NCBI GenBank assembly: GCA_963730185.1
Contig: CAVSQW010000014.1
Coordinates: forward strand, 32,001 to 96,000
Source of the DNA: an uncultured Gemmatimonadales bacterium
GTDB lineage: Bacteria > Gemmatimonadota > Gemmatimonadetes > Gemmatimonadales > GWC2-71-9
Direction: 5' to 3'
Length of the DNA: 64,000 bases
In this document: positions 38,506 to 49,091 of the stretch, piece by piece
Layout: each line of letters starts with the position of its first letter
Numbering within the stretch: the stretch's first letter is position 1
Made by a program: the position numbers and the translations under genes
The notes under the pieces: generated by a model
Told to the model about the DNA's origin: nothing
Seen by the model: only the letters and a program-made list of their open reading frames with translations
Database searches by the model: none

Positions 38506-40341
38506 ATGCGAATCTCACTCCTGCCGACCGCCTTGACCGCGCTCCTGGCCGGCTGCGGCCCCGGCTCGCCGTCCTCGACATCCCCTGGTCCGACCGCGAT
38601 GTATCGGGGCGATCCGACCCACTCCGGCGTCTACGAGGCCACCCCTGGAGCCGAGCTGATCGGGCTCCAGTGGCGGTTCGAGACCGGCGGCGGGGTCGTC
38701 TCCTCTCCCGCCGTGCTGGGCGACACGGTCTGGATCGGAAGCGGCAGCGGTTGGCTCTATGCGCTCGACCGGCGGACCGGGCGGCCGCGATGGAAGGTGG
38801 ACCTGGGGAGTCCGGTCGCCTCGTCCCCGGCGGTCGGCGGAGGCCGGGTGATCGTCGGCACCAGGGACGGTCGCTTCTTCGCCGTTCGGTCCGGTGACGG
38901 GAGCCGGATCTGGTCGTTCGACACCGGTCCGGATCGGCCCTTCCCTTGGGGGCGGGAGAGCGGCGACCAGTGGATCGCGTCGGCGGTGCTGAGCGGCGAC
39001 CTGGCGGTGATGGGCGCCGGTGACGGTAAAGTCTACGGGGTCGACGCCGCGACGGGCTCCCGCCGGTGGTCGGCCGAGACGGAGGGACGGATCAGGAGCA
39101 CGCCGGCGATCGCCGGCGGGAGGGTCTTCGTCGGATCGGCCGACGGGTGGCTCTATGCCTTCGACCTGGCGACCGGACGCCGGCTCTGGCGGTTCGAGAC
39201 CCTGGGGGCGTCGCTCGAGAGCGGCAACTTCGGCTTCGACCGGCGCACCATCCAGAGCTCGCCGGCGGTGGCCGGCGGCACGGTCTACTTCGGCGCCCGC
39301 GACGGCCTCGTCTACGCCGTCGCGGCCGACTCGGGCGGGCTCCGTTGGAAGTACGATCAGAAGGTGTCGTGGATCAACACCTCACCGGCGGTCGACGGCG
39401 GGGTGCTCTACGACGGGAGCTCCGACGCCCAGTTCGTCCAGGCGCTCGACACCGAGACCGGTCGCGAGCTCTGGCGCACCCCGGCCGGCGTTACCTGGTC
39501 GTCGCCCGCCCTCGCGCGGGGGCTGCTGTTCATCGGCGACGGCGAAGGGCGGCTTCGCGCCCTCGATCGCACCACCGGCGCGATCCGTTGGACCTTCCAG
39601 ACCGAAGGCGGGATCTTCGGCGCGCCGGTGCCCACCGGGGATCTGGTGATCGTCGGGAGCCTGGACGGCGGCGTCTACGCCCTCCGGACCGGCGCCACGC
39701 CGGTGGACCGGGTGGTCTTCGCCGACACGTCGGGCTGGCGGAAGCCGGCGCCGGGGACCCGGGCCCTGATCGTGAGTCTGGTCGCCCGGGGATATCGGCC
39801 GGTGGGTGGGGACTCGCTCGCGGCGTTTCTCGAAGCTCGGGTCGCCGATCGGGCGCCGAGCGTGGTGGTCGTGGCCACCTACGACTTGCCGGCGAACGTG
39901 GTCACGGAGCCGCTCGCCGAGTCGGTTCTCCGGCGCTACCTCGACGCTGGCGGCAAGGTGGTGTGGCCCAATCGCTATCCGCCGCTCCTCATCCCCCGCG
40001 ACCTGGCCACCGGCAAGCTGGCCGGCGGGTTGGAGGCGTTCCACTGGGACCGTCCGGGCCGGTTGCTCGGGATGGACATGGCCGGCGGGATCTTCGATCG
40101 ACGCATGGTGGCCGCCACCGCGGAGGGTGAGCGCTGGGGCGTCTCGGGCCACTGGCTCGACACTTGGGGCATCGCGCCCGCCGAGGTGACCGAGGTCCTC
40201 GGCCGCGACGACTGGGGGCTGGCGGCCACCTGGGTCAAGTCGTTCGGCGGTGCGCCGGGGACGGGGTGGGTCCGCTCGCCGTTGGACGATCCGGCCACCG
40301 CCTATCGGATGGCCGAGTACCGGCCGGAAGGCGAGCGTTAG
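38506..40341 (+). CDS. PQQ-type beta-propeller lipoprotein with extra C-terminal domain
   Basis: Lipobox LAGC, repeated W.F.T...SSPAV..G.V..GS.DG..YA.D..TG...W. Confidence 0.88.
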   Translation: MRISLLPTALTALLAGCGPGSPSSTSPGPTAMYRGDPTHSGVYEATPGAELIGLQWRFETGGGVVSSPAVLGDTVWIGSGSGWLYALDRRTGRPRWKVDLGSPVASSPAVGGGRVIVGTRDGRFFAVRSGDGSRIWSFDTGPDRPFPWGRESGDQWIASAVLSGDLAVMGAGDGKVYGVDAATGSRRWSAETEGRIRSTPAIAGGRVFVGSADGWLYAFDLATGRRLWRFETLGASLESGNFGFDRRTIQSSPAVAGGTVYFGARDGLVYAVAADSGGLRWKYDQKVSWINTSPAVDGGVLYDGSSDAQFVQALDTETGRELWRTPAGVTWSSPALARGLLFIGDGEGRLRALDRTTGAIRWTFQTEGGIFGAPVPTGDLVIVGSLDGGVYALRTGATPVDRVVFADTSGWRKPAPGTRALIVSLVARGYRPVGGDSLAAFLEARVADRAPSVVVVATYDLPANVVTEPLAESVLRRYLDAGGKVVWPNRYPPLLIPRDLATGKLAGGLEAFHWDRPGRLLGMDMAGGIFDRRMVAATAEGERWGVSGHWLDTWGIAPAEVTEVLGRDDWGLAATWVKSFGGAPGTGWVRSPLDDPATAYRMAEYRPEGER

Positions 40342-41177
40342 GCATCCGCCCGCCGTCCGGCGATCGCCCGTTCCAGGAACTGCCGACGGCCCCGGGCCAC
40401 CCGGAGCCGGGTGCCGGTGTCCAGCTCCACGGCCCAGTCGCCATGGCGGGTGGGGACCACCGCGCTGACCCGGGCGATCGCCACGATCGCCGATCGGTGG
40501 ATCCGCACGAACCGCTCGGGGTCGAGCCGGGCCTCGAGGTCGGCGAGCCGCTCCCGAACCCGGTGCACCTCGCCCCGGGTGTGGACCCGGACGTAGTTGT
40601 CGTCGGCCTCGAGGTGATCGATCTCCGCCACCGGCAGGAGCCGCACGGCGTCGCCGATCCGGAGCGGGAGCCGGTCGGGAAGGGATCCGGCCGGGTCTCC
40701 GGCTGGCCGGCGGAGCTCGAGCCACTGCCCGATCAGCACGATGGTGCCGTAGACGATCAGAGCGAACGGGCCGTAGAAGGTCACCCCGTCCAGCAGGTCG
40801 CGCCCCAGCCCCGGCAGTTCCAGCCTGCCGGGGCCGGCGTGTCCCGGAATCCGGATCAGCAGGTTGATCGCCACCACGAAACCCGCGCCGAGGACGAGGT
40901 GCAGGGCCGCGTGGCGCCAGGCTCGCCCACCGCGGAGGGGCCACCGCGCGACTGAGCGGATGATCGCGGGCGTCGCGGCCGCCCAGCACGCCAGGAGAAC
41001 CAGCTTGGCGGCCAGGTCGGGCCAGATCGGGGCGGCCGAATGCCGGAGGCCCCGTAGCACGAACGCTTGGGCGATGACCACCCCGGCGATCCCGGTCCAG
41101 ATCAGCGTGCTGGCCCGGGCCAGTCGTCTCCCGCCCGCCGTCGTCGGGGCGGGGCGGGTGGCGGTCAGGGCGCGCAT
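40338..41177 (-). CDS. Membrane-anchored LytTR DNA-binding protein
   Basis: N-terminal TM helices; C-terminal I.H.EA.DNYV..H, LE.RLDP..F.RIHRS.IV. Confidence 0.85.
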   Translation of the reverse strand: MRALTATRPAPTTAGGRRLARASTLIWTGIAGVVIAQAFVLRGLRHSAAPIWPDLAAKLVLLACWAAATPAIIRSVARWPLRGGRAWRHAALHLVLGAGFVVAINLLIRIPGHAGPGRLELPGLGRDLLDGVTFYGPFALIVYGTIVLIGQWLELRRPAGDPAGSLPDRLPLRIGDAVRLLPVAEIDHLEADDNYVRVHTRGEVHRVRERLADLEARLDPERFVRIHRSAIVAIARVSAVVPTRHGDWAVELDTGTRLRVARGRRQFLERAIAGRRADA

Positions 41178-41323
41178 GGCCGGGGCGCGGGTGGGCGGGG
41201 CTCGATCATCGACCGAACACTATCCGGTGCCGGCGGTCGGGCAAGGCGCCGAGCCGGTGGTCCGGCCCGGCTTTACGATCCGGCTCCGCGACGTGGCCCG
41301 GGGCCGGCCGTCGAAGCTCCGAC

Positions 41324-42886
41324 TCACCGGCGGAGCGAGAAGGTGGGCGAAAACGGTCCGATCGGGGTCCGGACCCACCAGTCGCCGGTCCTGGCCCGCT
41401 CGGCGAGGGTGGTAAACCGGTAGTCGTAGCGGGTCGCCCGGATTGCCCGCGGTGGATGGTCGGGAAAGGGGTTGCCCGCCAGCAGTCCCAGCACCGACGG
41501 CGAGCCCTCGAGCAGGCGCGCCATCAAGGACGGGAACCAGGAGGTGCCCCGGTAGCCCGCCAGGGCCGCGAACCACATCTGCCAGTCGAGCCGGGGCTGA
41601 TAGGGCTCGACGAAGGCCGGCCTCCGGGCCGGGTCGCCGGGCTGGTAGCGGAACGGATAGGGCCTCCAGGTCTCGCCGCCGTCGTCGCTCCCCTCGATCA
41701 CGATCTCCTCGCGGGTGGTGGTCATGACCCGGAAGAGACCGTAGGTGTTCACGCTCCGGAGCGGGTCCACCAGGGCCAGTGGCGCGCTCCGGCCGACGGG
41801 CGGGACGAAGGTCCCGATCAAGGTGAGCGTGCCAAGCCCCAGGAGCCCCAGGCCGAGGCCCGCCGCCCACCAGGTTTGCGGGGCCGGTTCTGGTCCGGGG
41901 CCGGGGGCAAGCCTCGTGGTGAGGCGCCGGGGCAGGATCCTGCGCCAGGCGTCGTCGTCGAGGAGCGTCGCCGCGAGGGCCACGGTGAGCAGGTTGAAGA
42001 ACGCGAAGTTGCCGGTTCCGACTATCAGCGCCTGCAGGAACACGATCCCGACGAAGGCCAGCCGTCGCCCGACCGGGCCGAGCCAGATCAGCAGCGGCGC
42101 CCCGAGCTCGAGCGCGAGGGTTCCCGCCACCGACCAGCGCCTGAGCCACTCCGGCGTGTGGGCGGCGTACCAGGCCGTCCAGGTCGGGAGCGGCTGGGTG
42201 AAGAAGTGGAAGTCGAGCGCCGTCAGATGCCGCCAGGTCGGATCGCCGCTGGTGAGCTTCACCGCCCCGGACTCGAACATTAGCCGAAAGACCAGCCACC
42301 AGACCAACAGCATCGCGAGGGCCGGCGGCTCGGTCTGGCGGAGGCGGGGGCGCACCCTGCCGGGCGCCAGGAGAACAGCCAGCATGCCGGCCTCGAGGAG
42401 CAGGGCATCCCACTGGAACGCCAGGAAGTCCTGGCCGACCACGACCAACGAGAGATAGAGGACCCAGAGGAGCGCGAGGGTCGCGGCCGGCCAGAGGTCG
42501 AGCACCAGGAGGATCGAGAGGACGGCGCCGGCGCCGGTGGCGAGGCGAAGCGCCGTCGCGCCGCTCCCGAGCCAGAATACGGTGGGGAGGTAGTAGTAGG
42601 CCCGGGCCCCCAGCTGTTGGTGGGCGGCGCGCAGGTAGTCGCCGGCGGGGAGGATGCCGTCCGGGCCGATCAGGCCCCGAACCTGAACCGCCAGCGAGAC
42701 GAACGCGACGAGGTAGACCAAGCCGAGCGCCCGGAGGAAGACCCATCGCCCGAGGGCGTATCGGCGGCCCGCGGTCTGGCTCGTGGCCCGGCCCGCGAGC
42801 CGGGCGACCCGGCCCGCGAGCCGGGCGACCCGTCCCGCGAGCCGGGCGACCCGGCCCGGCCAAGGCTCGACTACGGGGAGCGGCAC
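41324..42886 (-). CDS. Lipase maturation factor (LMF1) family protein
   Basis: FLR.LG.VY..AF.S, GLIG..GILP, FQWD.LLLEAG, FR.MFESG.VKL.SGD..W, TQPLP, YGLF..MT..R.EI, PYQPRLDWQMWFAAL; start approximate. Confidence 0.9.
   Translation of the reverse strand: MPLPVVEPWPGRVARLAGRVARLAGRVARLAGRATSQTAGRRYALGRWVFLRALGLVYLVAFVSLAVQVRGLIGPDGILPAGDYLRAAHQQLGARAYYYLPTVFWLGSGATALRLATGAGAVLSILLVLDLWPAATLALLWVLYLSLVVVGQDFLAFQWDALLLEAGMLAVLLAPGRVRPRLRQTEPPALAMLLVWWLVFRLMFESGAVKLTSGDPTWRHLTALDFHFFTQPLPTWTAWYAAHTPEWLRRWSVAGTLALELGAPLLIWLGPVGRRLAFVGIVFLQALIVGTGNFAFFNLLTVALAATLLDDDAWRRILPRRLTTRLAPGPGPEPAPQTWWAAGLGLGLLGLGTLTLIGTFVPPVGRSAPLALVDPLRSVNTYGLFRVMTTTREEIVIEGSDDGGETWRPYPFRYQPGDPARRPAFVEPYQPRLDWQMWFAALAGYRGTSWFPSLMARLLEGSPSVLGLLAGNPFPDHPPRAIRATRYDYRFTTLAERARTGDWWVRTPIGPFSPTFSLRR
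42787..42858. repeat. 21-bp tandem repeat, about 3.4 copies
   Basis: Unit CCCGGCCCGCGAGCCGGGCGA with one mismatch in copy 3; encodes (GRVARLA)x3 in the LMF frame. Confidence 0.9.
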
Positions 42887-42902
42887 CAGGCGATGCCTCG
42901 GC

Positions 42903-44207
42903 TCAGGGGTCCAGCACCCGTCCCCGGTGCACCACGAACGCGATCGCCCGGGTGTTCCGGATGTCGGCCGTCGGATCGGCGCGGAGCACCAGGAGATCGG
43001 CCGCCTTGCCGACGGCGATGGTGCCATGGCTCGCCTCGAGACCGGCCGCGCGGGCCCCGTTGGCCGTGGCGGCGAGGAGCGCCTCGGTCGGGGTGAGGCC
43101 GGCGTCGCGCACCAGGAGCTCCATCTCGTCGTGGACGTGTGGAAGTCCGGTCGGTCCGCCCATGTCGTCCGTGCCGGCCACCAGCGCCACCCCGGCCAGG
43201 TACGCCGCCCGGGTCAGGTCGGCCGCGAGGCGGGCTCGCCGCCGATTGGCGACCGAGGAGTCGTGTTGGAGCGAGAGCTGGTAGACCCAGAGTGTCGGAT
43301 CGAGCATCACGTGCCGCGTCGCCATCTCGGCGAAGAGGCGGCGGAGCGCCGGATCGTTGGGCGACACGTCGGCCCCCACCTGGCTCCGGTGTTCGTAGGT
43401 GGGAAGATCGGTGACCGTCTCCCAGGCAAGGTAGAGGGCGTGCGAGAGGACGTCGGCCCCGGCGGCCACCAGCTCCGACGGGCGGGCGGGGAAGAGGGTC
43501 GCATGGGCCCAGACCCGGAGCCCCTGGCGATGGGCCTCGGCGATGATCCGGCCGGCCAGCCGGCCGTCGAGGGCCGCGTACAACTTGACGCCGGTGACGC
43601 CGGCCCCTGTCGCCTCCGCCACCGCCTGGGGCAGGTCGGTCGTGTCGGTCACGGCCCGGGCCCAGGGTGCGGTCCCGATCGGAACGCCCGCGCTGGTCGC
43701 CTGGATTCTGGGATCATTGAAGAAGTAGGGTCCGGCGAAGATCGCGGCATAGTGAATCCACGGGGCCTCGATGTCGCCCATCTGGGCGTCGCGGCTGAGC
43801 GAGGCCAGGACCCGGGCGTCGCCCGCCATGTCGCGGACCCCGGCCACGCCGCCTTTCAGGGCCGCGCCGAGCCGACCCAGCACTTGGTCCCGTCGGTCCG
43901 GACCGCTCGGGTCGGTGGCCAGGTGGACGTGCGCATCGATCAGACCGGGAAGCACCCAGAGGCCGGTGGCATCTCGGCGCTCGGCATTATCGGGAAGGGG
44001 CTGGGCGCCGTCCGGGAACACGGCGGCGATCCGGCCGTCGCGCATCACGATGGTGGTTCCTAACCTGGGTGGCGCGCCGGTGCCGTCGAAGAGGGTGGTG
44101 CCGGTCAGGGCGAGGGCACCGGTCGGCGGCGTCTGGGCCGCCAGCGTCCCCCCGCCGACCACTGTGAGGACGCAGAGGAAGGCCTGCCCCGCCGTCGGCA
44201 GTCGCAT
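42903..44207 (-). CDS. Secreted amidohydrolase family protein
   Basis: PGLIDAHVH, VKLY, AH, SH, AGTD, T.N.A, G.I.VGK.ADL. Confidence 0.9.
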   Translation of the reverse strand: MRLPTAGQAFLCVLTVVGGGTLAAQTPPTGALALTGTTLFDGTGAPPRLGTTIVMRDGRIAAVFPDGAQPLPDNAERRDATGLWVLPGLIDAHVHLATDPSGPDRRDQVLGRLGAALKGGVAGVRDMAGDARVLASLSRDAQMGDIEAPWIHYAAIFAGPYFFNDPRIQATSAGVPIGTAPWARAVTDTTDLPQAVAEATGAGVTGVKLYAALDGRLAGRIIAEAHRQGLRVWAHATLFPARPSELVAAGADVLSHALYLAWETVTDLPTYEHRSQVGADVSPNDPALRRLFAEMATRHVMLDPTLWVYQLSLQHDSSVANRRRARLAADLTRAAYLAGVALVAGTDDMGGPTGLPHVHDEMELLVRDAGLTPTEALLAATANGARAAGLEASHGTIAVGKAADLLVLRADPTADIRNTRAIAFVVHRGRVLDP

Positions 44208-44369
44208 GGGCGCTCCGGATCGTGGACGTGGTCCCCGAATGAAAGCGGCCGCGGCGAGCCCGACAACCCCGGCCCGTTCCGGGACCGGCCCGGCGGATTA
44301 GCTTCCACCCGACGGACCCGCCCACCGCCCCGGCTGGGCGCGACCTCCCTCGAGCCCGGGAGCACCCCG

Positions 44370-45026
44370 ATGGCGACCCCTCCCAATCGCGGTCCCGACC
44401 GCCGCACCTTCTTCGCGACCCTGACCGCCGTGGCCGGCGCCCTCTCGCTGCCGCTCGGCTCGGCCGAAGCCCTTCCCCGATCCGACGAGTGGGATCTCCG
44501 CTGGCTCGAACGGCTGACCGGCAAGCACAAGCAAGTGTTCGACATTGGGAAGATGGAGGACGGCGACAACCCGCTCAGGACGGTCCGGAATTACCTGAAC
44601 GCGATGCGGGACGTGCTCCGTCTCCCGGATTCGGACCTCAACGCCGTGGTCGCGATCGCCGGGAGCGGCTTTCCGATCAACGCGGGCCACGAGCTCTGGG
44701 GCGCCTACGGGGTGGGAGAGAAGTGGAAGATCAAGGATCCCGGGACGGGTGAGTGGTCCACCCGCAACGTCTTTCTGGGTGACGGCCCCGACGCCAAGCG
44801 CGACGACAGCGTTACGGCGCTCCAAGCCCGGGGAGCGATCTTCTGGCAGTGCAACAACGCGCTCAACGGGGTCGCCGGATGGCTCGCGCACGACTCCGGA
44901 CACCCGGTTGCTGAGGTCCGGGCCCAGTTGGTGGCGGGCCTCAATCCGGGGGTGATCGTGGTGCCGGCTCACACGATGATGATCGGGATGGTGCAGGAGC
45001 GGGGCTGCACCTACGAGAAGCTCTGA
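44370..45026 (+). CDS. Tat-exported DsrE-like protein
   Basis: RRTFF twin-arginine signal, LQ.RG..F..CNNAL, VIVVPA, QE.G..Y. Confidence 0.65.
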   Translation: MATPPNRGPDRRTFFATLTAVAGALSLPLGSAEALPRSDEWDLRWLERLTGKHKQVFDIGKMEDGDNPLRTVRNYLNAMRDVLRLPDSDLNAVVAIAGSGFPINAGHELWGAYGVGEKWKIKDPGTGEWSTRNVFLGDGPDAKRDDSVTALQARGAIFWQCNNALNGVAGWLAHDSGHPVAEVRAQLVAGLNPGVIVVPAHTMMIGMVQERGCTYEKL

Positions 45027-45069
45027 TCGCGCCGCGGAACCCCGTCGAATCGGAGCGGGTACGGCTCCC

Positions 45070-46083
45070 ATGCCGATCCTCCTGGCGCTCGTCGCGGGGC
45101 TCCTGAGCACCTCCCCTCGACCGGCGGGAGCGCCGGTGCTGGTGGTCGCCAATCCGGACGAAAGCACCGTCTCGGTCGTCGACGTCCGCGCGGCCAGGAT
45201 CCTCGCGACGCTGCCCACCGGGCAGGCGCCGCGCGAGGTGACGGCGTCACCCGATGGACGGTGGGCGGTGGTGACCGATCAGGGCACGGCGGAGGGCGGG
45301 AGCTCCCTGACCGTCGTCGATCTCATCACCCTCACGGTGGCCCGCCGGATCCGGCTCGACGGCCACCCTCGTCCCTCCGGCATTCGCTTTCTTCCCGACA
45401 ACCAGACCGTGGTGGTGATCTCGGACGCCGACGGCTCGGTTCTGCTGGTCGGCATTCCGTCCGGACGGATCCTCCGGATCGTTACCACCGAGCAGGCGGG
45501 GAGCCGGTGGGTGGTGACGCCCCGAGACGGACGCCGGGCCTACACGGCTACCCCCGGCTCCGGCTCGGTCTCGGTCATCGATCTGGGGGGTCCGGGCGTA
45601 CCCCGCACGCTGGCGGTCGCTCCGGGAATCGAGTCGATCGCGGTGAGCCCCGACGGAGCGGTCGTGTGGGTCGGGAGCAACCAGACCGGGCGGATCTACG
45701 TTATCGATGCGGCCCGATGGACCGTGGTCGACTCGACCGCCGCCACTGGCCGCCCTGGTCGGATCGCCTTTTCACCGGACGGCAGTCGGGTGTTGGTTGC
45801 CGATCCGGCCGCCGACGAGGTCCGGCTCTTCGACGCCGGTCGCCGCGAGCTGCTCGCTCGGATTCCGGTGCCCCCCGGCGAGGTCGGGAACGGGTCTCCC
45901 GCGAGGGGCCCGGCCCGACCGGCGGGACTGGCCTTCGGGCCTTCGGGCCGGACCGCGTGGGTGAGTCTGGCCGGCGTGGCTCAGATCGCGGAGGTGGATC
46001 TCGTGGCCGGCGCCGTGCGGCGCTACCTCCCGGCGCGGGCGGGGGCGGCGGGGCTGGTCTATACTGAGCGCCCGCCTGCATAA
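45070..46083 (+). CDS. YVTN/YncE-type beta-propeller protein
   Basis: Repeated V.N....VSV.D / SPDG blades; signal peptide. Confidence 0.82.
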   Translation: MPILLALVAGLLSTSPRPAGAPVLVVANPDESTVSVVDVRAARILATLPTGQAPREVTASPDGRWAVVTDQGTAEGGSSLTVVDLITLTVARRIRLDGHPRPSGIRFLPDNQTVVVISDADGSVLLVGIPSGRILRIVTTEQAGSRWVVTPRDGRRAYTATPGSGSVSVIDLGGPGVPRTLAVAPGIESIAVSPDGAVVWVGSNQTGRIYVIDAARWTVVDSTAATGRPGRIAFSPDGSRVLVADPAADEVRLFDAGRRELLARIPVPPGEVGNGSPARGPARPAGLAFGPSGRTAWVSLAGVAQIAEVDLVAGAVRRYLPARAGAAGLVYTERPPA

Positions 46084-46094
46084 CCCGTTCCTGT

Positions 46095-47176
46095 TCAGCC
46101 CGAAGCGCCCGACTTGGCCGGCTCCGGCTGCTTGAAGAGGTGGAGCGTCTGGGTCGGGTAGGCGAACTCGATTCCCCGGTCGCCGAACTCTCCGAAGAGC
46201 CGCAGGTTGATCGCCTGCTGAATGTCCATGTAGGTGCTGTAGTCCGGGCTCAGCACGTAGTAGACGGTCTCGAAGTCGAGCGAGAAGTCGCCGAACTTCT
46301 GGAAGTGAGACCGATCGAAGCGGACCTTGTCCTGGGCCTCGACCGCTTCACGGATGATGCCCGGGATCTCCGCCAACCGGTCTTTCGGGGTCTCGTAGGT
46401 CACTCCAACCGTGAACGCGATCCGCCGCTCGGCCATCCGGCCGTAGTTCCGGATCCGGCTCCCGAGCAGGTCGCTGTTCGAGAAGACCAGCTGCTCGCCC
46501 GACAGGCTCCGGATCCGGGTGGTCTTGAGGCCGATGGCTTCGATGCTTCCCAGGAACTCGCCACCGACGTTGATGAAGTCACCCAGCACGAACGGCTTGT
46601 CGAGCACGATGGCGAGCGAGGCGAAGAGGTCGCCCAGGATGTTCTGGAGCGCCAAGGCCACGGCTATGCCGCCCACGCCCAACCCGGCGACCAGCGCCGT
46701 GACATCTACGCCCACGTTCTGGAGCGAGAGGAGCAGGACCACCGACCAGATCAGCAGCTGCCCACGAAGCCGAGGGCGGACATCGTGGTGACCGCCGAGG
46801 GGTCCCGGCTCATCGTCTCCTTCCGGTACGCGCCCAGCCAGGCCCGAAGCGTCGCGGCGGCCCAGATTCCCACCTGCACGATCGCCGCGATGATGGCGAA
46901 GGCGTCGACGCCGCCGCGCACCCGAGGCGGCAGGTCCAGCAGATTCGACCCGACCTCGAGCGAGATGGCCAGGAGGAACAGCGCCTTGGTCTTCGACATG
47001 GCGTGGACGATGATGTCGTCCCATGCGGTGTCGGTGCGCTCCGCCAGCTTGCCCAGCCGGCTCGAGACCACCCGCAGGATCACCCGCACCGCGATCCACG
47101 CCGCGACCGCGGCGGCGAGCGCGATCGCCCAGGCGCGCACCTCGTTGCCGAACAACACCCGATCGAGAACCTCCAT
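46095..47176 (-). CDS. MscS family mechanosensitive channel (frameshift near 46758)
   Basis: L.AGLG.GGIAVALALQ..L.DLFAS, KPF..GDFI, IGLKTTRIRSL.GEQL..SN, FAYPTQ; N-terminal TM half in the adjacent frame. Confidence 0.9.
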
Positions 47177-47387
47177 CAACGCCTCCGTTCCGTGAGCGTG
47201 AGCTTGCGCAAGCAAGGCCGCGGGTCCGGTGGCGTCAAGTCTCGGTTAGTTGTGCAGGCGCCCGACCGGCGATCGTCTCTCTTCGTGAATCGGGCGAGTC
47301 GTGGTTCCGATACGACCTGCGGGCGGCGGACGGCCGACAACCGACCGACCCCACCCGGGACGAACAACCGAGAAGGGTGAGTCGAGC

Positions 47388-48309
47388 ATGCGATATGTGC
47401 CTCTCAGACTGGCGGCCTTGGCGCTCGCCGCGACGGCGGGACTCTGGGGTTGCTCCGACAGTAGCGGCCCGGGCAGCGGCAACGGGCCGCACCTAACGGT
47501 CCGGCTCACGGACGCCGCCGGTGACGTCCAGATGGCGGTGGTGACGATCTCGGAGGTGTACCTGCAAGGCCCGGATGGGAAGGTCACCCTGAGCTCGACC
47601 CCGATGACGACCGATCTGGTGAGCCTGGCGGACAGCACGACGGTGCTGGTCAACGCCGCCACCGTCGCCGCGGCCGACTACAGCGAGCTCCGGTTCGTGA
47701 TCACGGGTGGATACCTGCAGGTGGATGATGGCAACGGCGGCAGCGAGATCTACGCCTCGTCGGCGGATTACGCCGGCTTGCCCGCCGGCGCGGTCGTCAC
47801 CGGCCAGCTCCAGATGCCGAGTCTCGGGACCTCCGGCCTCAAGGTGGATTTCGCCGACCAGACCGCGCTCGCGATCAGTGCCGACGAGGACCTCCTGGTC
47901 GACTTCGACGTGTCGCAGAGCTTCGGTCACCAGGCGGGCAATTCCGGGATGTGGGTTATGCATCCGGTGGTCAAGGGCGCGACCTTCACCGCGGCCGGAA
48001 CGGTGACCGCCACGCTGGAGCTCGCGGCGGGCGTCACGTTGCCCACGATCGCCGGGACCGCGGTAACCCTGGCCGACTTCCAGGCCGACCTCGACGGCGA
48101 GGTGGAGCCGTTCACCGACGGGGACGGCGACGGGGTGTACGAGGCGCAGTTCCGATTCGTGGTGCCCGGGGAGCTATTCGCTTAGCCTTCAGGGGCCGGC
48201 CGGGCTGACCATCGGCACGACGCCGTCCTTGCCGGTGTCGCTCGACGTGGCGGCGGGCGCCAACGTCACCTCGGCGCTGACGTTGACCTCCGCGCTGGTG
48301 ACCCCCTAG
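47388..48309 (+). CDS. DUF4382 lipoprotein (frameshift in G-run near 48170)
   Basis: Lipobox LWGC, V.LTDA, PS...SGLKV, DFDV.QSF..AGNSG..V.HPV. Confidence 0.8.
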
Positions 48310-48330
48310 CCAGCCGCGACGTCCCCCAAG

Positions 48331-48372
48331 ACGACGGGCTCCTCGATCCCTCGGGATCGGGGAGCCCGTCGT
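48331..48372. terminator. Long hairpin between convergent genes
   Basis: ACGACGGGCTCCTCGATCC-ctcg-GGATCGGGGAGCCCGTCGT, 19-bp stem with one G-U pair. Confidence 0.75.
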
Positions 48373-48383
48373 TCGTGGGGGCG

Positions 48384-49091
48384 TCAGTCGATCGGCTCGA
48401 CCCGGGTTCGGAAGCTCCCGTCGCCGACCCGCTCGATCACGACCGCCTTGGCGTCACCCGGAGCGAAGACGATCCCGGTGACCTGGGCGACCACGGTCTT
48501 GGTGCCCCGGCGGGTGTAGGTCACGTCCAGCGAGCCCGGTGGGAAGTACAAGAAGCTGGAGTAGGTCGCAACCTGGGTCTCCAGGACTGCCTTCGGGGTC
48601 AAACTCGCGATGCTGGTCCCGGACGGGGTGACGTAGACGTCCACCAGGGACTGCGCGCTCGCCGACGAATCGGCCACATGCTGAGGTACGTCGGGGGCAC
48701 TGATCAGGCGGAGGTTGGCCTGGTCGGTCCTGGCGAGCCCGGTATCGACGGCGACGGCCAGATCGACGCCGGCGCCCTGCTGGCTCAGCACGAGCATCGT
48801 GTTCGACCCGTCGGCGAGCGTGAGGCTCCGGGTGGCGAGCGCGCTGCTGCCTGCCATCACCCGGACCGTCTGGTCGCCAGCGTCGAGCTGGAGTGCCGCC
48901 GTGACGTTGCCGTACCCGACCCCATGAATCACCTGGCCGCCAACGTCGAGGTCGACCGATCCGACGGTCGTGGCCGCGTTGAAGAGCTGAAGCCGGGCCG
49001 ATCCCGAGGGGGCCGGAAGGTCGGTGGTCGAGCTGCATCCGGCCAGGAGGGCCAGGGTCCAGGCCAGCCGCCGGTAGGGGGTCGATCGCAT
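48384..49091 (-). CDS. DUF4397-like lipoprotein
   Basis: Lipobox LAGC, A.L...NA.....VD..V and A.LR.I.A..VDVYV repeats. Confidence 0.75.
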   Translation of the reverse strand: MRSTPYRRLAWTLALLAGCSSTTDLPAPSGSARLQLFNAATTVGSVDLDVGGQVIHGVGYGNVTAALQLDAGDQTVRVMAGSSALATRSLTLADGSNTMLVLSQQGAGVDLAVAVDTGLARTDQANLRLISAPDVPQHVADSSASAQSLVDVYVTPSGTSIASLTPKAVLETQVATYSSFLYFPPGSLDVTYTRRGTKTVVAQVTGIVFAPGDAKAVVIERVGDGSFRTRVEPID

